64,000 nt of DNA from positions 12,834,001 to 12,898,000 of the forward strand of contig CM022665.1 of NCBI GenBank assembly GCA_012295275.1, read 5' to 3'. Below the pieces are notes generated by a model. It had not been told where the DNA came from. It saw only the letters and a list, made by a program, of their open reading frames with translations, and made no database searches. The DNA is from Chrysomallon squamiferum. Lineage: Eukaryota > Animalia > Mollusca. Positions 32,801 through 47,095 of the stretch are shown piece after piece (positions within the stretch are counted from its first letter, which is position 1; the number at the start of each line of letters is the position of its first letter). The translations under genes and the position numbers were made by a program.

Positions 32801-35800
32801 ATATTCTATTTGCAACGAATAACTGTTTAACCATAAACATCAGCTGGTGTTATCAAATTACAAACAATGGAGAAGGTATTTTCTTGAGACTATCTGTAGT
32901 ACAGGACCATATTCTTCAACTGAATTTTAACATGCTCAGAATCATAATCAAAATTTAACTGGCAGATGCAAAACCTATCAGATATTTCTAAAGAACAAGC
33001 GTTAACAATTCAGTATTAATTGTTTTAAAGTTGTGATAAATGTTACTGACAAAAGACTTTGTAAAATGCGTGTTGTTTAGCTTCATTACCTCTGGGAATC
33101 TATCTAATTCACACATAATTCACATAAAACAGTTATCATTCTTATATCAGTTATAATGAAAATCTGTTTTCACTGTTATAGTCACTGCTTTGTTATACAA
33201 AGTTGTGGCAGAATAAGGGTTAATGCTGCAATGTAATGAACTCTTCTGTGTTAATATTCAAACCTAGCATTATTTTCACTATCATTATTATTGATTATTG
33301 TTATAATCATTGTTTATTACTGTTACTACTACAATTATTATTATTATTATGATTATATTATTAAAGATTCTGTTAAGAAAGAAATCAATTAACATTTTTT
33401 AATCAGTATCAATTATTTCCCTTTGCAGCTATGTATTTTCTCATTACTGATCAATAAACTTACATATGCAACAGCCACCAATTCTCTTCGTGCACCGTCC
33501 ATACTCTTCTTGGGATTGTCTCCACTGTCAAATAATGTGAACTGAGTACCAAGTAAATTGGACCTGGAAGTTGTAAAAATAGATTAAATATTTTACCAAA
33601 CATTTGTAAAAATGCACATTATTTTGTACATTATAGGCAACTTCATGTAAGCATGTGAAAAGTGTAAATGCATGTGTGTGTGTTCTGTATACAAGTATAT
33701 TATGTATATACATATACAACAGCACTGCTTTAAATGAGAAATGTATATAACCACGTGTGTTATTTAAGTATGTAGTTATTAACAGATCAAACAATATATA
33801 ACAAAATAACATTCTTTTATTTTAATTTACAAGAAGTAAATTAACTATCTTTGTACTTTAAGCTGTAAAACATCTGCCGTTCCACCCACCTCCCTATAAA
33901 GAATGACAACCCCTTAAAAGGAGAAATGTATTTTACCTGAGTTTACCAACAAAAGATTCACCTCCTCTAGACAGGTCAGTGGGGTCTGTTGATATCAAAT
34001 AATTTGAGGTGGTACTCTTTTTCCTTTTTCGACCAGCTAGCAGAAATGTCTGGAAGGAAAACAGAAGCAAAAAATAGAATCTTTGGTACAATGTATGACA
34101 AAACCTTTTTTTTTTGTTTGTTTGTTTGGCAGACTGTAGAGTGCTTGTGATAAAAATGTTACCAGGTATGACAAGACATAAGAAAGGATTTTGGGTTTAT
34201 TTGTCTGCTGTATATAACCTAATACCTAAACAGCTAAAAAAAAACCCCAAACCCCCAAAAACTAAAAACAAAATAACTTTGACATTACTGGTGTCTTGCT
34301 ACATATGCAGCCACAGCAAACTGTTACCTTTAATCTATAATGCCTTTATAAAATCTAAATATTTTAAATTGTGAGACACATATTACCACAAAGATTTAAA
34401 ATAAAGGACTTCAGATACGTAATTTATAATTATTAAAACAAAATCAACTAAAATCTTTAACAAAATGCTGTAACCAATACTAATATGAAATTATTCTTAT
34501 ACATATATAATTCATTATTTCAACACTCTTATTGACTATTATTATAATAAAATACAGAAAAAAACAACAACACAACAGTACCTTTTTACCATCCTCTTTC
34601 TCCATGTGCAGGTAATAGGTGGGAAATATTCCCCTATCTACTCCTTTTTTGTCACGGGTTATGCGGCATTTCACTGTGACTCCTTGAGGAGCTGGTTTCA
34701 GCACAAAATCATCAAGATCCTCTCCTGGGTCAGGAGTATAGGAGTGTGGACAGCCAGCACCCAAAGTGGACCCCTCAGCATTGTTGCCCTCCATTGGTGA
34801 AGGCGTCTGAAATTGTATATATTACTAATAAAATAGCTGAAGTTAATTTTGTGCAGGGACATTCCTTTGTATATTAAAACTATTCCCAAATTATTCTGTT
34901 CTTTGTTTAAAAAACAACAACAAAAATACCCTCACAAAAAAAAAAACAATTTCATGTGTATAAATATTATGCATATTTGAATGATAAAAATGGTTTCAAT
35001 AAGTTAAAATTAGAGGTGAAAATATTTTTAAAAAACCACACCAAAACACCAATTTCTTACACTGTCATTAAATTTGTTAGAGGTGGCCTGCATGGTGAAA
35101 CTTGCTGGTGCCAACATTGGCTGATTGTCATTTTGTAAGACTCCATGGTTAGCTGTGCGTAGATTTGGAGAACGTGGTGGCTGTGGAGCAATGGGCATGC
35201 TCTCTGTGTCTACATCGTCATCTTCATGGTCAGTAATGATTTTTGGTGCTGTTTTGGATGGTGTGTTCTGGGCTTGCTTTCGGCCAGCAAGTGGTGTCAC
35301 AACATCACCTTCTGAAATGTTTCAAAATGGAAATAGCATGTAATAAATGTGTTTTAAAACTCTGTCCTAGCTCACCAATATCTCACATATCTTAAAATGT
35401 GATGCAAAAAGGCATGAGAATTTTTTAATTGGTCTAAACATAAACATACAAATACACTTTTAGGAAATCTTTAAAAAGTTTACTTTTTACTGCAAAACCA
35501 ACCAGTCAGAATTTTGCAATTTTGTTTCCACCATGAAACCAATAACAATTTATCATTACTTTTTTATTGCAAAACCAGTAATATTTTTTCAATACTGTTT
35601 ATATTGCAAAACCAGTTATAATTTGTCATTGTTTTTAGTCCAAAACCAGTTAACAATTTCTCATTATTGTTCTTGCTTTCAAAACCATTTGATAATTTCT
35701 CACTGCTTTTAATGCAAAATCAGTTAACAATTTCTCATTATTGTTTTTATTTTCAAAACCAATCATAATAAACTTCTGTTCTTATTTCTGAAATATTAAA

Positions 35801-35818
35801 ACATTTATTTATTTATAT

Positions 35819-35857
<39 letters not shown>

Positions 35858-38656
35858 TTATATAAAATCTCAAACTTATTCTAACCTGATTTTATTGTTG
35901 GAATGTCATCACTATCAGTGTCACTGACATAATCTTTTGACGCTGTGTCAGTTACATTTAACACCTGCACTTTAGTCTGTGGAGTCAGGGATCTCTGCGA
36001 GGCAGCAGATGAATCATGACCACTCACATCAAATGCACCAGGCCCATCATAGGCTGAAATAAAATAAAATGCTTTAACATGTTAATATATTGTTAAGTGA
36101 TAAAGTGGTACTGTCAGAATAGTATGAAAACAGCAGAGGTAACGTAAAGTGAAAAGCTGAAAATTCACTGTATTTCTTAGTTTAAAAATCATATTGTTAA
36201 GCTGATGTGCCATGACTTTGTAAAAGATGTCGATTTGCCATAATCAGGCTCTTGGTAACTGAAACAAAATTGTTTTCTTACTGCATTAGACTTACCTGCC
36301 TCCATTAATTATACTTTTATTCATCAACCTAATTTTTCAGTTTATACATAACTGTCGTATATTTAATTATTATTATTTTTTTTTTTTGGTTAACAGCACC
36401 TGTGACTATGGTAGAAAAAAGAAATGAAAGAAAAAAAATGAACAAAAGGCTAGTGACACCTATTAATCTGATGAAAGTTTGCAGTCACTATTCTGATACA
36501 AAACATGCATCCAGGAAATCCTAATCGACATCTAATTACTTGCTGTTTATGAATTTTTTTTATTTCAAAGTAAGTCCTTTTTAATATCTGATTTCCATGG
36601 CAACTGCTCAGTTTAAGATTAAGGCCTGATTACTTGTCTATGCAGAATGATAAAGACGTAGCCATTTGTGGTCTCCAAGGAGTTTAATGGAAACTGGCCA
36701 TAATGAGATTTGTGAGAGTTTTATTAACATGTTGCTAATACTCAAACACACCTGATACTTTTAATGTTATAAAGAAAACCCCAGAAAGATCTATTATCAT
36801 CAACAATGAGTAGATAGGTTTTAGTAATGTGACATCAATGATGGTTATCTGAAGGCATAAAAAAAAAAAATAATGATGATGATGATGATGATGATGATAA
36901 TAATAATAATAACTGAAATAAATTTTTTAAATGTACCAAAATCTGTAGGTGTTGTAATTTTGGGAGTAGGATCTTTGACAAGAGGTCTCGAATCTTCACG
37001 ATTTTTTCTTCCAGAAGATGGACGGGAATCTTGATTCGGTTGCATAATATTTGGTGTCTGCCTCTTTTTCCTATTCTGTTTCTCAATAATATTTCGCTGT
37101 AGGATGAAAAAATTATAATAAAAATACATTAAAAAACAAAACAAAACAAAAAAACAACAACAAACAAACAAACTAATTATCTTATTCTTCATAAAGCAAA
37201 GTTAAAATGTTTTTTAAAAAATGAATATATATTATATATATTCATTTAAAAAAAAAAAATATACATTTCTTTTTTTCTTATTTATATGTTTTTTTGACAC
37301 AATAACCAATTGTAGATTGTGACTTTTGTATTCAAGTTATCAATATTTTATTTTATTTGAGAATGACTTAGATATATATAAATATTTTATAATCAAATTA
37401 AGAAACAGACCATATTACACAAATCATCATTTTAAGCAAAGGTTGTATGGGTTATTTTATTTATTTTCAGAAAATCACTGCAAAGCTTTTAAAATAATTC
37501 CTGGAAAATCATGCTTAGTAACAAAATTTCAGAGAACTGGTACATTTATTTATAATCTACAAAAATGAAGAAACAAAAATGAAAAAGAAACAAAACAGAA
37601 AAGAATAAAACAAAACAAAACAATTTGAAACTAACTGCTCCTCAAAAGAAATAGAAGAAAGCTAAATAATAAGCTTTGCAATACTGTTTTCCATAAATAT
37701 TTCTTACTATGGTAATTAACAAAAACACAGACAAAATATCTTCTTTTCAGAATCATTTCTTGTTCCATTAGTTTTTAATTACTCTGTCAAAAAATAAATT
37801 TATTTCAAAATGACCAGTAGGATTTTATCTTGGAAAGATTTAATAGCAATAATTTCTAAATGTAATAATACATTTTTTTTGTAGACAGGAAATCCTACAG
37901 TATCACTTCAGTACTTCTCATAAAATCCTATACAAGTATCACATATAGAAAAATACATTTCAGTGTGCAAGTTTGGAATGGGATATATCACAGCCAGTGA
38001 TTGTATTTAAAATGGAACTCACCTGCTGATACAGCTTGGCAAGCTGGTATTCATCCTGCTCAATGACGCTGAAATAAAAAAACAATATAATAATAAAATA
38101 AAATATAAAATAGAATACAATAAAATATAAAAAAAGATAAATAAATAAATAAATAAATAAACAAACAAATAAGTATTTCTAACAACAGAGATTATTATAA
38201 ATTTGCCAAAATGTTTACTTTAATATTATAACTGAACATATTAACCAGGATGTATGTAAAATGCATATTTTTATGTATATTTGTCACCATGTTTGCTTAA
38301 ACTTGGCATTTTTTATTTTTTTTAAATTATAAAAATGTTTATTCTCTAAACATGTATTTTCTTGTTTTTCCTATATACAATTAATGATTATGAGAGAATG
38401 TCATACACTGCATTAGTTTTATAATTAAAATGTTAAATTTTCTATAATTACGGTTATACATTTGAAAAAATTTCATTTTAATTAATTATAGAATTATACA
38501 TTCATCCTTTAATTAAAATATTATAAATTTGTTTTATTCATACCATTATAAATTTGTCACTTAACTGTAAACGCATTTTATTTTGTTTTTCTTTAGGAAA
38601 TGTTTGTCATGACTTACCTTCCAGGAGGACCACTCATATTTCCAGGAGACTGTGGC
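29854..38656 (-). CDS. TUB: Tubby-family protein (TUB/TULP3/king tubby-like), coding exons 2-13
   Basis: Exons: 38618-38656, 38023-38068, 36937-37096, 35886-36053, 35061-35311, 34582-34806, 33937-34049, 33464-33563, 31167-31265, 30736-30823, 30521-30604, 29854-29987; all GT-AG and phase-consistent. Tubby domain motifs: [96 protein letters not shown]. The N-terminal segment [17 protein letters not shown] resembles the IFT-A-binding helix of TUB/TULP3. Confidence 0.95.
35490..35765. repeat. Degenerate ~37-bp tandem repeat (~7 units) in tubby intron
   Basis: Recurring (tt)gcaaaaccagt..caatttntcatt..ttttta. Confidence 0.75.
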
Positions 38657-38736
38657 CTAGAAAATACACAAAAAAACCATAATAAATATGTGAACAATTT
38701 AATATTATTCAAAAAAAAAAAAAAACACCAAAAAAC

Positions 38737-38754
38737 AGAGAGAGAGAGAGAGAG

Positions 38755-38816
<62 letters not shown>
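38737..38816. repeat. (GA)n microsatellite upstream of the tubby 39-nt exon
   Basis: Direct reading; one interruption. Confidence 0.95.
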
Positions 38817-38820
<4 letters not shown>

Positions 38821-41800
38821 TTTTTTAAATAAAGATTTTGAGATTAATAATAATATTAATAACAACAAAAACATTGAAGAATATAAATAAATTCTGAAGA
38901 CAAAACAAATCTCTATTTTTACATTGCATAAGCATTCAAATATGCTCTATTTTTATTTTTCACCAGATTAATTTCTTCTTGTTTTTTGAAAATGTTAAAT
39001 TCTTTTCCTCTTTCTTTTCCAAAATCCTGGTTCTGCACCTGCTATGGCAACCTACTTCTAACAACAAATTTTGTCATTGAAGTGTTTGCTTTTGACAGGT
39101 ACAACAGCAAACTTATCAGCCTTCATTATTTGCAGTAAAGAATGAATTCAAAGATATTGCTTGAGCCTGTAAGATCCCAGCCCCCCTCCAAAACATTAGT
39201 ACATTGTCAGTTAGTGGCTTAGTATTGGTAAACATGTGAAATCAAAGAAGAGGAAAAGAAATGCCTATTATATAGTCATTTTAATCTGGATTGTTTTTTT
39301 TCTTTCTTTTTGGATATACCAGCTACAGTCCTAGATATAAATCATAAAATTCTGACAAGCTAATGGAATTTTATCATTGACTTTATGACTCTTCTTGAAG
39401 TCATTAAAAACGAACATTAATTTATTTTCTCTATCTTGAAACTTCAATAAAATACTTGATGGAAAACCAGATTTGTACCAGTCATATTAAGTAATGGTTT
39501 GCAGAAACTAAAAGGACTTGATCAATATGCAGTTCTAAACAGCTTAAGAAAAATGTACAACAACAACAACAACAACACAAATAAATAAGAAAAATAAGAT
39601 AAAAAATAAAAAATAAGATTAAAAAACCCAACAAAAAAAAGATGAATAACCTTTAATAATAACAACAACAATAAAAATAATACTAATACCAATACTGCTA
39701 CTACTAATAAAAAAACAAATCTATCATACTTACAAACATACACATGTAAATTTTAACTGCAGAAACAATTATTAAATTCTTTTCTTTTTTATTTTATTTT
39801 ATTTTTTTTATGTGAAATTAACAAAAACAGTGTTATGCTCTTGGAACAAAATATTAAATTATGTAAATTTAAAAAAAGCAAAAACGCAAAAAAAAAAAAA
39901 TGCATATTCAGATATTTAAGAAAGAAAGAAAATGAAAATGAAAAATAATTATTTGTTAAATCACAAAATACATTCTAGATTTTTTGATTTTTATTAAACC
40001 GTTATGTTTCTAAAAATATTACAAGATATTTTCTTTTATTCTGAGTAATAAATGTATAGAAACTTAAAATACATTCACTTTTCAAATAATACAAAACATA
40101 TCTATTAAATTTAAAAATATGTAAGGTTAAAATATTAATATATTATTTTAAAAATCTGTTATTCAGAAATTCTATAGGCTAAATAATATATATATTTTTC
40201 TTTTATAATAGTCAAATAATATTAATATTTTATTATAATCTTTAGCAACTCACAATTTATGTCAACTCTGAATAACATTGTTTGTGGGTTTACTTCTTTT
40301 AGCATTTAGATCTTGAGATTAAAATACTGCTTTATGCACAGAGCTAATATTTGTTCAAAATGTTCTTCATCTACAGTCTTCAAATTCTATATACTAAATT
40401 GCCTGTCTGTTTATCTATCTTATGTTACATTTGGGAATTAAAATTATTTTTCATGCAGAGCCAATACAATTTTATCAATAATTATTTAATACTTTCCAAC
40501 AACCAAATAATAAAATAGTTTTATGCATAAACAAACACTGTATCAAAAATATATTTCTGATCTTCTCAAGATATAAAAGAAAAAAATAATAAAAAAAAGA
40601 AAAATGATTTTTACAAGATCTGGTTTCTTTCGACTTCTATGTCCAAAAATAACTTTATAGTTTATCAGCAAATCAATTTTCTTTGATAGCTCAATTCCAG
40701 CGTTAATGATCAGTTGGTGCATACAAACACTGCAAAGTTTGGATCAAATGTTTTCCCGATAAAACAAGTTAAACCAATTTTCATTCGCTTTCTTTTAAAT
40801 CTAAATTCAATTTGAATTTGTATGCAATAAAAAAAAAATAATAATAATAAAAAAATAAAAAGTAAAAAAGATTCTATGAAAGTTTTTTTTTTTTTTTTTT
40901 TTACTGGACCCATCTAAAACACAATTATTAATAGTAAATGAAATAAAAAGATCATTGTTACACTAAACTGTTAGACGATGCAGTGTAATAAACCTACATC
41001 TTCTTAATCCAATAACAAGATGAGATCTCAGGTTTTATTTTTGGGATATTCATTTCAACTTAACAATTGTAATCAATATGAAACACAGAAGAAAGCATTC
41101 TAATTAACTGATGTTATTTCACATCAAAAAAATCGCTTATAACATCAGGATAAATTATGCAAACATATTTGATGTTGAGGTTATTAAGTAATTTTGACAT
41201 GTGCGGTCATTATATTAATTTCTTGAGTATTTTTTGAAACTGCTAGATCAATCATGACTTTGGTTCCTTCTGAATCTGGTTCATTATAGTGAGTTGTAAC
41301 ATAAATACGGCTGTACTATGTTTTTATCAGTCCATTTCAGTGTCTAGTTATCATCTATTTAGATGGCAGTACTCACATCCATAGTGAGAACTTAAATATT
41401 ATAACATATTTTATACAGCCACATAATAGTTATAGATAGCAACTTTAGTAATTCCCTTGATATACAACCTCTTTTGAAACATGTCTAGATCTGCTCTATT
41501 TTAGATTGTTGTACATTAAGTTTATATCGATTTCCTGTTATCAGTGTAAACAAAAGATTCACAGAGCACGAACAAATGTGCATTTTATAATATATAAATA
41601 TATTAATATTTTTGGCCATGCATTTGTTTACAGAAATTAATATAATACTATGTTTCTCTATGTAAATAATTATTTATTTATACATTTTTATATTAATTAG
41701 TTTTTTCATAATATTTATAAATTTCTCTGTCATTAGAAAATCAAGGAAAACATAATAAACTAAACATTTTGGGACTTAAAAATATACATATATAATATTT

Positions 41801-43585
41801 TTTTGGTAAAAACTGACATAAATTGGGGAAAAAAAATAAAAAATTGGGAGATGTAATTTTTATGAATTAAAATTAAAATGTGCATGTCAAATATTTAGAT
41901 TTAAACTCCATTGATCAGTTTCGTGGTACATATATATTTATAGTGACATCATGAATTCAGCACCATATTACAATATCTTGATTTAATTTTCTTAAAGTTG
42001 AAAACTTTAAAACTTTAATCTTAGGTTTTTCCACTGGCATGCCTTTAGCCGTTTGTAACATTCATTAATTAGCTGGCTTTGATTTGAAGCCAATTTATCT
42101 ACAAGATGCCCATCCTGAAATTAAGATTCATTAAAAATGTATCAAATTATTGAACTAACTGCCAAGTAACTGTGGATACATGATCAATGAGAAGAAAAAA
42201 AAGAGAAAAAAAAAGAAGAAAAAACAAACAAAAAACAAACAAAAGAATTAATCAGTAACATAAAAACAATAATAAAAAAGTAAATAAATAAAAATAAAAT
42301 AAAAATATAAATCAATCAATCAAAAAAAAAATAATAATAATAATAATAATAAATAAATAAATAAGAAAATTAAAAGAAAAAAGAAAAAAGAAAAAATATA
42401 TAAATTATAAAAAATAATGAAATAAAGAAATAAAATGTATTTCCTATGTACACTCAACAATGGATTCCAGTTTGCTTTCTGCAATGCAAAAACAAATACA
42501 AGAGCCAGGAAATCACAGGAACAGACATGGCTGTGAAAATAATTTTATCTCTTAGGACAACATAAAGGAAAAACACAAAATGGATGACATTTAAGTGACA
42601 TTGTGGTGTCACTATGTTGTCTATATAATCTGAATCCCTGCTATGAAAACAAACCAGGAGACTTTTCTCGTTATCATGGCATCTTGATAAATTATCACTG
42701 TGTGCAAAGTTAACACAATGGAACCGATAATGATTAAGAGGAATATCCTGTTTTTTTTTGTGTTTTTTTTATAAACAGTAATAATAATATTAATAATATT
42801 ATTATTAATAATAATAATAATAAAAAATAAAGAGAGAGCGAGAGCAAAAAATAAAAAATTAATAATAATAAAAAAATATAATAAAAATACAAATAAAAAT
42901 AAAAATAAAAATAAAAATTTAAAATAAAGGACAGAAGTAATTTATTTGTATGAAGTCATGCATTAACCAGCATCATACTTAATCTGATCTAACATCTTAC
43001 ATATAATACAAAACTCGATGGTCTAGGAATAAAATTGATAAATGGATCGAACTGTGTAGTAACAAACTACTGATAACTGCTGCATAGGAATACAACAAAA
43101 AATGAAAATGTATGGAAAGAGAGAAGTTGAACATAACTGACAATGGATAGATGATTGATTTAGACGAGACATGGACAAGTTGATGGATGGGCTGATGAAT
43201 GATTTGGTGAGTGGATGGATAGATGAATAATGGGTTTAAAACAGTCCGATGAACAGAATGATGAATAATCATGGGCATAAAGATAATTTGATGAAAAGAA
43301 AGATGATTAAATTTTTGATAAATAAATGACAAAAAATGGGTTTTACGGTAGTTTGATGAATGGGTTGATAGGTAATTTATTGGTAATGTGTTGACTAATG
43401 AATTGATAAATGTATAATGAACAGTTCAATGGATCAATACATTGATGGATGTACGGGTGGGTAATACCTTGTTGGATGGATTAAAACAACAGATATATTT
43501 CAGATGGAAGTCACCAGTGTTCAGACATACAACATTTATCTACATAAAACACAAGACACACAGTTTATTTATTTTATATATTCTT

Positions 43586-43598
43586 GTTACCCAGCAAC
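43586..43598. promoter_or_regulatory. X-box (RFX) consensus-like site in tubby intron 1
   Basis: GTTACCCAGCAAC matches the RFX X-box pattern GTNRCC-N(0-3)-RGYAAC. Motif match only. Confidence 0.35.
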
Positions 43599-46254
43599 AG
43601 GAAAAGTCATTAATTTGATAGGACTTCCATGGTAATTAATGAAATGTGAGGAAACCATGTGACATGTTTTACGTAGACTGTATTGATCTGCAGCACTGGT
43701 ATCATGATTCAAATTTTAAAAGCTCTCAACACTTTATGTGCTCCTAACTAATGATTCTTCAGTTTGACATTCAGAAAACGTAAGCCAGGATATAAATTTT
43801 CTTCCTACATTAACTCATTTCCTTCTTGAAGCATGCTACAATCTGCTATCTTTCAAGTAGTGCCATGAAGTATTTTTATTATTATTATTATTATTATTAT
43901 TTTTATGCAGAGCAAAAAAAAAAACATGCCAAAAAAACCAATGTAGTTTTCTGCATATGAAATGTCTAGGTATTTAAGGTCACAATTATCCATAGAAAAA
44001 GAAAAGGAGTGAGAATGAGAATGAGAAAGAAGAGAGAATGCGTATGTGAGTAAAATATAAACACACAAGAGGACAGACCAGAAAAAAATAATTAGAAAAA
44101 AAAAAAAAAAAAGACAAAAGAGAGATGAAGTGAGGATGAAAAAATCCATTAAATATTACTCAGTAGCCACAAAACAACATTATTATCTTATTGCGCAAGA
44201 AGTTTTGAGGGATCCATATGGTATCCTTTGTTGGGGAGATAATATTGTGTAACAGTTCCTGTGTTTTCTGTCCTGTGTTGAACTTTGCTATCTAGAAAGC
44301 TATCAGAAGTGACTTATAAGAAGATTTGTGTCTGATCAGAACACACTTATATCGTCACAGGATATCACCCAAGTTTTTCTAATCAGTGGCCTCTTACCAA
44401 AATAATCAACATAATAATCTACTTGACTCCTGGCAAGCTAGCAAACAAAACGTCTTTCAGATTGTTTTTTATTTATTATTAGTCTTTGGATGTTTTTTTG
44501 TTAATGGCAGGATGTAGTACTGAGGAATTTTAAATGAAGAATATTTACGAAAAGAAAAGAAAAGAAAATATTTCTTACTAAAACAATGTACATCAAATGT
44601 TTCTGTACACCGATATACATACTGTATATATATCAAAAGGACACACACATATTATATATATCTACATATGTCTGTATATATTTATATATAACTGTAATAA
44701 ATACTTATAATTAAACTAATTAGTTAATAAATCTAGCTGTTTATTTTCATTAATGAGGTACTGATGTTACCGATTCCTCAAGAAATAAAACAGATAATAA
44801 TTTTAAATATAAAAAATACCTGGACCCATTAATAGTTTAAAACAAGTACATGGAAAGTGTAATAACGTGATAAAATATTTTTGATATACAGCTGCTGTAA
44901 CAACAACAACAATTATAACAAACAACATACCTAAGGTAACTCATGGATATTTGGTGTTACTGGTTCTAGCTAAATGAACTAGTTCAGTAGAGACATGCTT
45001 TCAAGCTGAGGTATCGTGTTCCTAAATTGTAATACACTGACCATGCTCATGAAAACATGTATGTCATCGTTATGCATCACTTGAGAATAAACAAAAAAAG
45101 TAAGACAAAAAAAAAGAAAAGATGAAAGAACATGTGTTCATGTATATCCAACTTGCAGGATATAAACATTTTAGTAACCTGTGAAAAATGCAAGATACTG
45201 GAAATATTTTGTAATATTCTGTGTCCAGTATTTGTTAAGAGAACTGTTTTCTATTAAGCTATGGCCCACTTTTCTTTTCGCCCACCTGTTTATCAATGAC
45301 AGATAATGTGTTGATAAGATAAATATAAATACTTAATGATGTAACCACAATGTAAAACATCTTTGTATTAGTTTTATTTAAACATCTCTTTTGTTCTCTC
45401 TCCTTGTGTTTTATGTGACATCAAGCAGGTAAATCTTTGTTTAAAAATTCTCTAAAAGAATAATCCACACTGTCAACACCCAATGACGAATTTGATATGC
45501 ACTCTACTCTAAATGAACTGAAAATATTAATATTTAAGCATATATTAATGCAGTACATTTTGAATAGATGTGTTAGTATTACCACTGAAAATAGCTATAA
45601 ATAAAATATGAGGCAATATCAAATCATCTTAATATAATATTTTTTGCACATCAGTGGATTTAATTAAATTCATACTAGTGCTTTATGTTGATTTGTAAGT
45701 TTTTTCTATTCTAATAAAGATACAAAGATATTCCATAGATCTGATTAACAAATAAAGATATACCCTTTCTCTGAACATTTTCACATTATATATATATAAA
45801 GTCTGTACATAATAAAGCCTATTGCTGATCCATGTCTACAAACATTCTTTATACCAAATACAAATAATTTTATTGTCATGACTCCAGAAAAAAAGCAGTG
45901 ACAAGACATTTTTAAATTGTTCTTGTTTGTTATTATGCTTTATTGTTATTTAATGCTGGATAGCAATCTTTATCCAATGTGTGCCCCTCCTCAAAATTAA
46001 ATTCAAATAATAATAAAAAAATAAAATAAATTAAAAAAACAAAAAAATAAAATAACAACATAACCCCCCCACAACATAACTTAGATGCGTTCAGATTACA
46101 TTTAGACAATTTCTTCATATCGTATAAGCATAATCTTGATTGATTCCAGAAAGCAGTAAACCGATTTAGGAATTAATAGCTTCTAACTGTGAACATATCC
46201 AAGTGCTCTGTTCAGCTCAGTGAATATCTCCATCAAAACAGAAATCAGTAATAA

Positions 46255-46312
<58 letters not shown>

Positions 46313-47030
46313 TAAAAAAATAGTAATAAAAATAACAGAATAATAGAAAAAAGAATGAAAAAAAACCAACAACAAATGAACTGGCAGCATTTGCAGAATT
46401 GATAAATGCAATAATGATCATAGTTCCAGTGTGCCAGATGAAGATTTTACAATGGACCTCATATTTTGAAATGTTTATTTTATCTTGATGCTTTCTGTTT
46501 TTGTTATTTTTTTAAATAAAAAAATGATGATACATGTGTTAAGATTGTAGGAAAAAACCCCAAACAAAAATAATTATAAAATGGAATAATAAAAAAAAAG
46601 AAAGAAAAAAAAGAAAAAAAAGAAGCAGAACACACACACATGGATCTGACAAAAATTAATACTAATATTAAAATAATTTAAAACAAATAAAACCCACAAA
46701 AAAAAACCCTACAAAAACGACAAAAAAAAAAATAAAAGAAATAAAAATAAATAAAAATAATATTGAAAATGTTAATTTGTCAAGAGGGAATAGTGAATGC
46801 CTTCAAGGGACACTACACAAAACCAGGTAAGAGGAATACAAAAGAAAATTAAACCAACAAAACAAACAGTAATGTTTATTATTACCTTGCCACTTTATTT
46901 ATGACACAACAACAATAATGGTATTGATGACCATGATAATGATGTTAATAAAGCTATAATTTTCACTTCCATTTAACTAGACCAAAACTTTATTAACCAA
47001 GGGTTCAAAATGACAATGACCTTCTTATAC

Positions 47031-47095
47031 CTTGTGGATGGCTGACTTGTAATTAGGTGATAAACCAAATGAATCGTGAAAATTTCCATTACCAT
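47031..47095 (-). other. Candidate alternative first coding exon of tubby (MVMEIFTIHLVYHLITSQPST)
   Basis: An ATG-initiated 65-nt open segment ends in AG|GTATAA, phase 2, compatible with the downstream tubby acceptors. I recognise no homology. Confidence 0.2.

Noticed and set aside
35490-35765. CRISPR-like repeat-spacer array (also 24422-24593 and 63600-63740)
   Set aside because: The units are contiguous degenerate tandem repeats without unique spacers, in a eukaryotic context with no cas genes.
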